From an uncultured Gemmatimonadaceae bacterium (lineage in GTDB: Bacteria > Gemmatimonadota > Gemmatimonadetes > Gemmatimonadales > Gemmatimonadaceae), in NCBI GenBank assembly GCA_963761305.1, contig CAVXGK010000002.1:480001-544000 (forward strand): DNA of 64,000 nt, in the 5' to 3' direction. The notes under the pieces were generated by a model. The model had not been told where the DNA came from. It was given only the letters and a program-made list of their open reading frames with translations, and made no database searches. A program made the translations under genes and the position numbers. Positions 20,201 to 27,921 of the stretch are shown here, piece by piece (within the stretch, counting starts at the first letter, position 1; every line of letters starts with the position of its first letter).

Positions 20201-20254
20201 CAGTTCCGGGACATCGTCGATCGGATGAGCGAAATCGAACAGGCGCTCCGATGA
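17243..20254 (+). CDS. Large TPR protein with an acidic disordered middle (SgmX-like architecture)
   Basis: N-terminal TPRs, about 400 aa of E/P/D-rich linker, and C-terminal TPRs (SHYDLAIAYKEMGLVDEAIAEFQ). Confidence 0.8.
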   Translation: MSQVAKLKKQAAEFEAKKQFDKAVGAYIKLLEAFDTYADELDIGLFNRVGDLLLRQGNVADAVDYYERGIDKYSETGFFNNAIALCNKVLRHSPGRASIYYKLGRISAKKGFTNEARTNFLEYADRMQKSGKVDEAFRALTEFADLCPDQDEIRLTLAEQLTRAGRKTDALEQLQTLHERLDGEGRTGDARAVVERMRAIDPRVEPRKSQSGRKSTSSELIFIDLDEPTFSQSIPGGVPIVPPPAPVGLVDTRLDTETTADITPATPAEGLVTFSNTMEIEQVPDEEEAEDAAEPLELDSEPRPSAIAEPSFDEAVESSIVADEQSRIEAIEAIETIEAIETIETIDAIEIAERVVTVEASSTLVVDEPPTVVEEQSASEPADDANMEQVGGEHAGFDEDFLHVIDFERRADSLPTDELPMDVVDEPPDAVDEASAFVDETPDEAEEEVPAPVFEATNVDEPEPEPEPAPADEPEPEPLDESMEELLGEIVKAPAAKAEPPVTAGEPSFPSPVLSPALSVPAEPEPFEELTSITDSSSASDLIDEFSFGSQGAVDAGDSIDVAIGASPATDAPVVEASKEPSEPAAPEDPVEAEELAPRSDPIPGILLADALGGSSRPGEQSEAPPSLFDETLDEPIGLPTPSQTRRSTAVAAESVGALTASVEASPDDWVLHRDLGEAMLDAGDRAGGIRELEFAMAGAERDGKLDLASSIAEEVARIEPEAVKHQQKRVEYAFRTNDRARLIEAYLGLANVLMRTEHGEKSRTIYQRVLDLAPDEPRARLALASLTPARPLPDRRFTPVTPSAAHLPRAADAPVARRSSGASRPPSGSYINLGDMLRGDDIPRDTRMVVPEQEPTGDEQADFADMLRKFKAGIARNVAPEDHQSHYDLAIAYKEMGLVDEAIAEFQRALAGPTNRLPTYEALGQCFLEKEQFKLASSILTRALSENASEDQLVGILYLLGRAAESQGKADEALGYYQRVFVVDIQFRDIVDRMSEIEQALR
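18224..18295 (+). repeat. Degenerate 9-bp tandem repeat, 8 copies (ATCGARRCG), encoding (IEA/IET)n
   Basis: atcgaggcg atcgaagcg atcgaaacc atcgaggcg atcgaaacg attgaaacg atcgacgcg atcgagatc. Confidence 0.85.
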
Positions 20255-21258
20255 GTGGAGTCGCCGCGCGCGTGCGCACGCCCCCCACCGAGGCGCTGCT
20301 CGACATTCAGGCGCCGGTCCGACAGCGGCTCGACGACGTCGTCGTCGAGATGCAGCGCATCGTCACCGACAACCTGCCGATCATCCGCGAGGTGAGCGGG
20401 CATCTGCTCCAGATGCGTGGCAAGATGTTTCGGCCGACGCTCGCACTGCTCGCCAGCGAGGCGGCGGGTACGCCCGACCCGCGCGCCACGTCGCTCGGCG
20501 CCGTCGTCGAGTTGATGCATCTCGCCACGTTGGTGCACGACGATTCGGTCGATCACTCGGTGCTGCGCCGCGGTCTGCCGACGGTGAATTCGATGTTCAG
20601 CCACCAGGTGTCGGTGATCATGGGCGACTTCCTGTACTCCCGCGCGCTCATCGCGCTCGTGGGGATGGGAGATCTCGAGATTCTCAGGATCGTGACCGAC
20701 GTGGCGAACGAGCTGACCATCGGCGAGATGCGGCAGCTCGCGGCCGTGGACGCATTGTCGTTCGGCGAAGAGGAGTATTACAGCCTGATCCGCTCCAAGA
20801 CCGCATCGCTGATTGCCGGTGCGTGCGAGAGCGGCGCGCTCTGCGGCGCGAGCGAGTTCCGCGCGCCGCTCGCGCAATTCGGCGACCGGCTCGGCATGGC
20901 CTTCCAGATCGCCGACGACATTCTCGACTACACGGAGGACGAGTCGGTGACCGGCAAGCCCGGCGGCCTCGACCTTCGCGAGCACAAGGTGACTCTCCCG
21001 CTCATCGCGGCGCTGCCGCGGCTGAACAGCGCCGAGCGCCTGCGCGTGGAGGCGCTGTTCGCGACCGAGTCGCCGGGCGACGCCCTGGTCGCGGACGCGA
21101 TTGCCATTGTCGAAAAGGCGGGAGGGATCGAATATGCGAGGCAGCAGGGCGAGCGGTTCGCCCGTGAAGCAGAGGCTGCCCTCCGCGTCCTACCGGAGGG
21201 TTCCGTCCGGTCGGCTCTGACCGACTCGATCGCGTACGTCATGGAACGGCGGTCCTAG
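20251..21258 (+). CDS. ispB: Polyprenyl diphosphate synthase
   Basis: GKMFRP, LVHDDSVD..RRG, KTA and FQIADDILD. Confidence 0.9.
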   Translation: MSGVAARVRTPPTEALLDIQAPVRQRLDDVVVEMQRIVTDNLPIIREVSGHLLQMRGKMFRPTLALLASEAAGTPDPRATSLGAVVELMHLATLVHDDSVDHSVLRRGLPTVNSMFSHQVSVIMGDFLYSRALIALVGMGDLEILRIVTDVANELTIGEMRQLAAVDALSFGEEEYYSLIRSKTASLIAGACESGALCGASEFRAPLAQFGDRLGMAFQIADDILDYTEDESVTGKPGGLDLREHKVTLPLIAALPRLNSAERLRVEALFATESPGDALVADAIAIVEKAGGIEYARQQGERFAREAEAALRVLPEGSVRSALTDSIAYVMERRS

Positions 21259-21260
21259 CA

Positions 21261-21551
21261 ATGGCGACACGAAACCAGCGTGGATCATCCAAGCACCGGC
21301 CGGGGTTTCACGCTCTGGTACTGGCCCTCGGCTTCGTCGCGGGCGGCGCGATGCAGCAGGCCGCGCGCCTGCTGTTTCCGGCGGGCGCGGCGAAGGAATT
21401 CCTGACGGCCGGAGTCACGGCGTCGGTAGGCCCCCTCCCGGTCGACTTAGTGCTAATCAAATTTGCGTTGGGACCTGTCGCCATCGATGTTTCACTGTTG
21501 AGCCTCGTGGGCGTGTTGTTGGCCTACCTCATCGCGCGGTCGCTCTTCTAG
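21261..21551 (+). CDS. Small membrane protein (DUF4321-like)
   Basis: Two hydrophobic segments with GPLPVDLVLIKFALG; family assigned from memory. Confidence 0.55.
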   Translation: MATRNQRGSSKHRPGFHALVLALGFVAGGAMQQAARLLFPAGAAKEFLTAGVTASVGPLPVDLVLIKFALGPVAIDVSLLSLVGVLLAYLIARSLF

Positions 21552-21559
21552 GAGACGGT

Positions 21560-21838
21560 ATGAATTTCGGGAACATTGGGTTCATGGAGCTGATGGTCAT
21601 CCTGGTCATCGTGCTCGTACTGTTCGGCGCGCGACGCGTGCCGGAAATCGGGGCGTCGATCGGAAAGGGCATTCGCGAGTTCAAGCGGAACATCAGCGAT
21701 GCCGATCAGCAGATTCGCGAGCCGATTCGCGACGCGTTGAACGAGTCGCGCGTCGGCGACCGGTTGCCGGCCGCCGACGCCCAGTCACGCCAGGGCGACA
21801 CGGAAGCTGCGCGGCCCGAGCCGAAGCGACTGATGTAG
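21560..21838 (+). CDS. tatA: TatA/E subunit
   Basis: IGFMELMVILVIVLVLFGARRVPEIGASIGKGIREFK; AGGAG SD. Confidence 0.93.
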   Translation: MNFGNIGFMELMVILVIVLVLFGARRVPEIGASIGKGIREFKRNISDADQQIREPIRDALNESRVGDRLPAADAQSRQGDTEAARPEPKRLM

Positions 21839-21909
21839 GCGTTGGCGCCCGGTCAGGTCGAAGGGCGGAACATCTCAAGTCGCGGCGTTCCGCGCCGAGA
21901 CTCAACAGC

Positions 21910-22392
21910 ATGAGCACACGAAGGCAAGCGCCGGGGCGACGTGAGTCGTCCTGGCGCGTCTTGCGATGGCTGCGGACCTGCTCGGCGATCGCGTGCGGCG
22001 CCGCCGTCGCGTGCCTAGGGCCCACGGACCCGGGGAAGATGGGCGTTCCCGTCGTCGGCAGCTGGAGCTACGTCGCCGCGCAGGGATCGCCGTCGGCCGC
22101 GCAGCTCAACGGCTCGCTGGCCTTCAGCGGTCAAACGGGCGCGCAGATCAGCGGTACGATCGACGCCATCGAGGTGGGAGCCGGCGGACAGCAGCGACGA
22201 TTGACCGGTCCGATCGCGGGGCGCACGGTTGACTCGACCACGCTCGATTTTGACTTGCTGCTCGGCGACGTGTCGCGCCGGCACGTGGGTCAGGTACGCG
22301 GCGATTCGCTCACCGGTACGTGGGTAGAGACGCCGGTCGACGGTGGGCTGCCGTCGGCGAGCGGAACGTTTCGCTCACTTCGTACGCGCTGA
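21910..22392 (+). CDS. Hypothetical lipoprotein
   Basis: Basic n-region, AVAC lipobox and beta-rich body (VVGSWSY..LTGTW..GTF); start uncertain. Confidence 0.6.
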   Translation: MSTRRQAPGRRESSWRVLRWLRTCSAIACGAAVACLGPTDPGKMGVPVVGSWSYVAAQGSPSAAQLNGSLAFSGQTGAQISGTIDAIEVGAGGQQRRLTGPIAGRTVDSTTLDFDLLLGDVSRRHVGQVRGDSLTGTWVETPVDGGLPSASGTFRSLRTR

Positions 22393-22459
22393 GCCGAGCT
22401 CGCGCGTTGTGCGTGCCGCGGGCACCCTGAGCCGGGCGCGGCCTCCTCGCCGCGACTGG

Positions 22460-23004
22460 TCAGGGTGCCGCGATCACGCGAAACGACAGGGCCGCCGCCA
22501 GTTGCGCGGGGGTGGGCACGGAGCCGCCTTCGCCCGTCGTGTTATTGACGTTGAACATCAACGCGATGTCTTGCGCGGGCGTCGCGGTGGAACCGCTCGC
22601 CACCATCAAGTAGGTGCCAGGGGTGAGTTGGTGAGTCGTGAGTGGGGAGCGAGACTCGACCCAACCGATGGTGAGTCCCGACGACGCCGGGGTGACCGTG
22701 ACCTGCAGTTCCCATTTGCTGTTCGCCCGCACCGTCACCGGGACGTCGAAACAGACGCCAGGCTCGCAGCCCGACGGCGAGTCCTGAACCACCGCCCCGG
22801 GCGTCGCGCCGAAGACGCCCGGCATGGAAAAGCTCGCAACGCTGCGGACGACGGTGGCCGATGGGCCGGTGCCACGCCCCTGTGCAGGCGCGAGACCCGC
22901 GCCGATCGCCAGCGCGCCGGCCGCCAGGCCTAGACTCGCTGAGCGACGCACAGGGAAACGATTGCCAACGCGGCGAGAATCGCGGTAAGTCGGTCGATTT
23001 TCAT
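22460..23004 (-). CDS. Secreted beta-rich protein, fimbrial-subunit-like; start is GTG22951, or ATG23004 via a frameshift
   Basis: RRSASLGLAAGALAIGAGLAPA signal, CxxxxC pair, VTVRANSKWELQV and terminal strand LSFRVIAAP. Confidence 0.55.
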
Positions 23005-23017
23005 GCGGGGAGCAGAG

Positions 23018-23032
23018 GCAACCGCCGCGCCA
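23018..23032 (-). promoter_or_regulatory. Sigma54 -24/-12 promoter
   Basis: Minus strand reads TGGCGCGGCGGTTGC (GG-N10-GC), 13 nt before ATG23004. Confidence 0.65.
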
Positions 23033-23096
23033 CGTGCGCCAAACTGCCCGCCAATAGCGCGTATCTCGTTGCCGCGCTTCACCGAACCGCGCCTCA

Positions 23097-23129
23097 TGTG
23101 AGATCTCACAGCTGCAACGTCACTTTGCA
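23097..23129. promoter_or_regulatory. Palindromic operator / upstream-activator sites
   Basis: Perfect palindrome TGTGAGATCTCACA (23097-23110) and TGCA-N9-TGCA (23113-23129). Confidence 0.5.
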
Positions 23130-23236
23130 TTTCAGGGCTGGAAGGGCTCGACCCGTTGATGTTGCGCGGCGACGACGCTGACGCCGGCATCCAACACGTC
23201 GGCGCCGCCGGCGCGCGCAATAGCACATTGTGTTCC

Positions 23237-23273
23237 AAAAAAAATGGGACCACGATCACAGATCGCGGTCCCA
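23237..23273 (-). terminator. Rho-independent terminator after the SurA/PpiD-like gene
   Basis: Minus strand TGGGACCGCGATC-tgt-GATCGTGGTCCCA followed by T8. Confidence 0.85.
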
Positions 23274-23320
23274 CTTTTCAGCGCGGCAAGATGCCGCGAT
23301 TCGTCCGTATTACCCCCGTG

Positions 23321-25150
23321 CTACGCCTGCTGACGACGGACCGCGACGTTGATCTCCTGCCGGTGATCCACGATTTTCGCGGCCTTACGCAGGTCCGACA
23401 TGAACATCTGAATCTTCTGTTGCCGGAGCTGATTCAGGCGAAGCTCCCTTTGCGGCGCCTTCTGTTTGTCAAACGCGGCGCTGTCGGCGACGACACGCTT
23501 GTCGACGCGCAGCACGTACGCCGCCTCGCTCGTTTTCACCGGTTGGCTGACCGCGCCGACCGGCAGCGCGAACGCGGCGCCGACCGCCTCGGTGAACTGG
23601 CCCAGTCCCGGCACGAGTGAGCCGCGCGAGAACATCGTCGTTTGATCCACCTTCTTGCCGGCCTGCTTGGCCGCCGCTTCGAGCGACGACCCCGCCGCCG
23701 CGGCGGCGAGCTTCTGCGCGTCGGGCATCATCTTGTCGACAGCGCGTTCCGTCGCCAAGCGCGTGCGGATGGTCTCCTTCACCGCATCAAATCCGGCATC
23801 ACCACCCAGGTGCAACGTGTCGAGGCGCGCGAGATAGTAGCCATGCTCGTCGTCGAAGAGCTCGCTCGTCTCGCCGGTGTGCGCGCCGCCGAACGCCCAG
23901 GCGCTCGCGCTCGGAATCGCCAGGCCGTTCCAAACCGCCGGCTGATCCTGGAACGCGCGAATGTGAACGACCGAAAGTCCGAGGTGCTTCGCGGCGGCGT
24001 CGAGCTTCGAGCCGTCTTCGTTCGCTGCCGCCAGCCGCGACAGCGTGTCGGCCATGCGATCGATTCGCGCGCCGGCCGAGTCGCTCGGCTGTATCGCGAC
24101 GAGAATGTGGTGCAGCGAGAGCGTGTCGCCCTTTCGGCTGTCGAGCCGGATGATGTGGTATCCGAACGGCGAGAGCACGGGCCCCGAGATCTCGCCCGGC
24201 TTGAGCGCGTCCGCGGCTTTCGAGAACTCTGGCACGTACGCCGATTTCGGAGCCGCGCCGAGGTCGCCGCCCTTGGCGCCGGAAAGGGTGTCGATGGACT
24301 CGCGCTTGGCGACGTCCTCGAACTTGGCGCCCTTCGCGATCTCGTCGCGTATCGCCTGCGCGTGCGCCTTCGCCGCGGCGCTGTCCGCCGGGGTCACGCT
24401 TCGCGGAATCACGACCAACGAGAGCGCGGCTTGGCCACCACCCTGGAAATCGTCCTTGTGCTGGTCGTAGAAAGCGCGCACGTCGGCGTCGGAAACGGAG
24501 CGCATCGTCGCGGCGTCGATGGTGGGCGCGAATGTGACGTAGCTCACCTGCGCGCTGTCGTGCTGATCGCGCCACGCACGCCAGAGCTCCGCGTCGGACA
24601 CGTAGATGCCTGAGGAAACCTGCTCGAGCAGCTTGTCCTTCGGGATTTCGGACCGGTAGTAGTTCTCGAGCTGAATGAGCAGACCGCTCGTCCGCGCTTC
24701 TGACGTGGCAAGAAAACGCTGGTACTTGTCCGGGTCGAACTTGCCGTCGGTCTGCAGCTCGGGCGCGGTGGTGATCCACGGCGGCGGCGCGTAGCGGGCG
24801 AATTCGCGAATCTCGTCGTCGGTCACGACGATGCCGCGTTTGCGATACTGCTCGTCGAGCAGTTCTTCGCTCACCATCTGATCGTAGACGTTGTTCTCGA
24901 TCCGCCGCGTGTCGTCCTGATTCAACGTCTTCCCGGCGCGACTCTGCTCCTGTTGGACCTCGTTCTGAACGCGGATCTGAAAATCGCGATAGGGAAGCTC
25001 GTGGCCGTTGACCACCGCGACGGCCGTCGTCGCCGTGACCGGCGTGCGGCCCATCAGGCCCGATGTTTGGTAGAGCAGGAAGCCGCCGACGAAGAACAGG
25101 GCCACGACGACCCAGATGTACTTCGCCAGGCTCCGCATTTGTGTTAGCAC
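23321..25150 (-). CDS. SurA/PpiD-type peptidyl-prolyl isomerase chaperone
   Basis: N-terminal TM, SurA-N-like domain and parvulin motifs (FEDVAKRESID, GGDLG, SPFGYHII). Confidence 0.9.
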   Translation of the reverse strand: MLTQMRSLAKYIWVVVALFFVGGFLLYQTSGLMGRTPVTATTAVAVVNGHELPYRDFQIRVQNEVQQEQSRAGKTLNQDDTRRIENNVYDQMVSEELLDEQYRKRGIVVTDDEIREFARYAPPPWITTAPELQTDGKFDPDKYQRFLATSEARTSGLLIQLENYYRSEIPKDKLLEQVSSGIYVSDAELWRAWRDQHDSAQVSYVTFAPTIDAATMRSVSDADVRAFYDQHKDDFQGGGQAALSLVVIPRSVTPADSAAAKAHAQAIRDEIAKGAKFEDVAKRESIDTLSGAKGGDLGAAPKSAYVPEFSKAADALKPGEISGPVLSPFGYHIIRLDSRKGDTLSLHHILVAIQPSDSAGARIDRMADTLSRLAAANEDGSKLDAAAKHLGLSVVHIRAFQDQPAVWNGLAIPSASAWAFGGAHTGETSELFDDEHGYYLARLDTLHLGGDAGFDAVKETIRTRLATERAVDKMMPDAQKLAAAAAGSSLEAAAKQAGKKVDQTTMFSRGSLVPGLGQFTEAVGAAFALPVGAVSQPVKTSEAAYVLRVDKRVVADSAAFDKQKAPQRELRLNQLRQQKIQMFMSDLRKAAKIVDHRQEINVAVRRQQA

Positions 25151-25208
25151 AGGAGCAACTCCGGAACGCGAAAAAGGGGAACGAAACCACGGGTGGGACA
25201 AGCCTGAG

Positions 25209-25238
25209 AACTTATGGCCCGACGCGGGCTAAAATCAA
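25209..25238 (-). promoter_or_regulatory. Putative sigma70 promoter of the PPIase gene
   Basis: Minus strand TTGATT-18 nt-TAAGTT. Confidence 0.5.
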
Positions 25239-25257
25239 GTGAGTATGTGACTTCTGA

Positions 25258-25287
25258 TTGACTCCCAGCGTCCGGCTTATGTATAAT
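25258..25287 (+). promoter_or_regulatory. Sigma70 promoter of the TPR-aroQ-acc operon
   Basis: TTGACT-18 nt-TATAAT. Confidence 0.8.
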
Positions 25288-25348
25288 GCGGTTCCCACCC
25301 ATACCGGGCTTCGGCCCTCAGCCGCGCGCCTAAAAAGCGAACGCAGTC

Positions 25349-27484
25349 ATGGCCAATTCCGCCCGCATTGACGAGCTCAGAAAGAAATTTGACGAGAACC
25401 CGCGACGGTACTTCGCGCCACTCGCGAACGAGTACCGGAAATCGGGGGATCTCGCGCAGGCCGTCTTCATTCTCGAGGAATACCTGCCCCAGCAGCAGGG
25501 GCACATCAGCGGTCACATCGTCTACGGACAAACCCTCTTTGAGCTGGGACGGGATGAGGAAGCCAAGCGCGTCTTCGAGACCGCGCTGGCGCTCGACCCC
25601 GAGAACCTGATCGCGCTGCGGCACCTCGGACACATCTCGCGCCAAGCGGGCGATTTCGACGCCGCCCGCTCTTGGTACCAGCGATTGCTCGAGGCGGATC
25701 CACGGGACGTCGAAATCGAGCAGCTCCTCGGGTCGCTCGACTCCGCCGCACAGGCGCAGGCGGCGTCCCTGTCGGCCTCCGCCGCGGTCGAGTCCGTTCC
25801 GCCCCCACCAGCGCCGATGCCCGAACCCGACGACGCACCGTTCCGGGTCGAGCACGGCGCTGACCACGACGGTGCGGTTGTCGAGGCCCGGTCGTCGACC
25901 CACCCGCTGGCCCCGCCGCCGCTCTCCTTCTCAACGGGCGCCGCTCGCGACGCCGCGGCGACGCCCGCGGATTCGATGGATGCGGGATCGGGCCCGCCGC
26001 CGCTCCCCACGCCGGTTGCCGAGGAAGTACCCGCGCCCGAGCCGGAACACGAGCTGCTCGATCTCAACGACTTCTCATTCGGGTCGCCGCCGGCACCGAC
26101 CGATCCGGCGTCAGCCTACGAACCGCCCGCGGTCTCGCACGAGATGTCGGACGACGACGAGGCATTCGGCCCGTTGGGGGGTGAGGTCTCTGGCGACGTC
26201 CACGACGCACCGCATGTCGAGGCGTCGTGGAGCGACCCGGAACCTGCGCGCGAGTCGACGGTGGAGTCCTTGGCCGAGGAATCTGACGCGACCGATCCGA
26301 TTCCGCGGGACATGCCGGTTGGATTCGAGCCGTTCTCGGGGCTCGACTCGCATGCCCCCGAATCGGAAACAGAACCCGTCGGCGGGTTCGAGAGCTACAC
26401 GTTCGAGTCGCCCGAAGGTCCGGTGGCCGAGCCCGCGGAGGACGTGATTTCGTACCCCTCGGCGGGCACGTTCTCGACGCCGTCGGAACCGGTGGAACCG
26501 ACCGAAGGGTTCGAGAGCGTCGAGAGGCAATTCGCTGCGGGCGTGGACGCAGATGCCGCGCGCGCCGGCGACGCCGAGCAGTCGGAGCAGTCGGGTCATC
26601 ACGAGGAACCGATCGGCGACGTTCACGAGGCGAACGCAGTCCACGAGCAAGCGGTCAGTGCGACGCCGTCGTCGACGCCGTCGTCGACGCCGGCGATCTC
26701 GACGCCGGCCATCTCGACGCCGATCGTGGCAAGCACGCCGGTCGTCGGGTCGGCGGCGGTTTCCCCCGCTGCAACCGAGGGCGAAGGCGACACGTTCGCG
26801 ACCGAAACGATGGCCCGGCTCTACTTGGGCCAGGGACACCTCGAGTCCGCGCTCGGCATCTATCGCACACTGGCCGCGCGGCGCCCTCACGACGAGTCGC
26901 TGCGCCATCAGATCGACGAGATCGAGGATCGTGTGCAGCGCCGGCGACGCGAACCGACGCCGCCGATGCCGGTGGACGCGACGCCGTCCGCGCCGAGGAT
27001 GCCGATCGACGTCATGGCGATGCCGTCGACTCCGGTGAGCACGCCGGCCGCGACGCGCTCCGCCGGCCCGACGATTCGCGATTTTCTCCTCGGCATCATT
27101 CGTCGAAGCGGCGCGAACGCAGCCGCGTCCGGCGGGTCGAACGGTGGCACGATCGACGCGCTCTTCGGCGCGGGAGACAGCGACGACGCGCTCGGCGACG
27201 ATCTTGTCGCCGCCGACACGCTCGCGCGGGCGTTCGCGCCCGAGCCCGATACCGAGCCGGTGCGCGGCCAACCGACGCGAGAGGCCTCGAACGAATTGTC
27301 GCTCGACACGGTGTTTCGTCAGCCGACAGCGGCGCACGTGGGCGACCGCGCGTCCGGTGGATTCTCCTTCGACCAGTTCTTTGCGGGCGAGCGCAGCGAA
27401 GACATGGGCGCGGGTGACGCACCGGGTGATCCGGACGACATCGAACAATTCAATGCGTGGCTCAACGGACTGAAGAAGTCGTGA
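25349..27484 (+). CDS. TPR protein with a long acidic/Pro-rich linker
   Basis: N-terminal TPRs (FAPLANEYRKSGDL), internal TPR (TETMARLYLGQGH) and C-terminal DDIEQFNAWLNGLK. Confidence 0.8.
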   Translation: MANSARIDELRKKFDENPRRYFAPLANEYRKSGDLAQAVFILEEYLPQQQGHISGHIVYGQTLFELGRDEEAKRVFETALALDPENLIALRHLGHISRQAGDFDAARSWYQRLLEADPRDVEIEQLLGSLDSAAQAQAASLSASAAVESVPPPPAPMPEPDDAPFRVEHGADHDGAVVEARSSTHPLAPPPLSFSTGAARDAAATPADSMDAGSGPPPLPTPVAEEVPAPEPEHELLDLNDFSFGSPPAPTDPASAYEPPAVSHEMSDDDEAFGPLGGEVSGDVHDAPHVEASWSDPEPARESTVESLAEESDATDPIPRDMPVGFEPFSGLDSHAPESETEPVGGFESYTFESPEGPVAEPAEDVISYPSAGTFSTPSEPVEPTEGFESVERQFAAGVDADAARAGDAEQSEQSGHHEEPIGDVHEANAVHEQAVSATPSSTPSSTPAISTPAISTPIVASTPVVGSAAVSPAATEGEGDTFATETMARLYLGQGHLESALGIYRTLAARRPHDESLRHQIDEIEDRVQRRRREPTPPMPVDATPSAPRMPIDVMAMPSTPVSTPAATRSAGPTIRDFLLGIIRRSGANAAASGGSNGGTIDALFGAGDSDDALGDDLVAADTLARAFAPEPDTEPVRGQPTREASNELSLDTVFRQPTAAHVGDRASGGFSFDQFFAGERSEDMGAGDAPGDPDDIEQFNAWLNGLKKS

Positions 27485-27921
27485 AGATCGCCGTCGTCAA
27501 CGGCCCGAACTTGAATCTGCTCGGGACGCGCGAACCGGCGTTGTACGGTCGGGAAACGCTCGACGATGTCGAGCGATCGTTGCGAAGCGTCGCGAAAGAG
27601 ATCGGCGTCGAACTGCAGTTCGCGCAGCACAACGGCGAGGGGGAGCTCATCGACGCGATTCAGGGGCTGCGCGGCAAGGTCGACGGCGTGGTCATCAACG
27701 CCGGCGCGTACACGCACTCGAGCCTCGCGATTCGCGACGCGCTCGCCGCGATCGCCGCGCCGTTCGTCGAGGTGCACGTGACAAATGTGTATGCGCGTGA
27801 ACCCGAGCGCCGTCACTCGATGCTCGCCAGCGCCGCCGTCGGCAGCATCGTGGGACTCGGCGCGTACGGCTACGAGCTCGCGCTCCGCGGACTCACCCGC
27901 ACGATCGCCGCGCGTGTCTGA
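27481..27921 (+). CDS. aroQ: Type II 3-dehydroquinate dehydratase
   Basis: NGPNLNLLGTREP.LYG, NAGAYTHSS and EVHVTN. Confidence 0.97.
   Translation: MKIAVVNGPNLNLLGTREPALYGRETLDDVERSLRSVAKEIGVELQFAQHNGEGELIDAIQGLRGKVDGVVINAGAYTHSSLAIRDALAAIAAPFVEVHVTNVYAREPERRHSMLASAAVGSIVGLGAYGYELALRGLTRTIAARV

Noticed and set aside
25144..25170. TTAGCAC as a CIRCE half-site (also AGTGCTAA near 21449)
   Set aside because: There is no matching second half at 9-nt spacing, and both overlap coding sequence.
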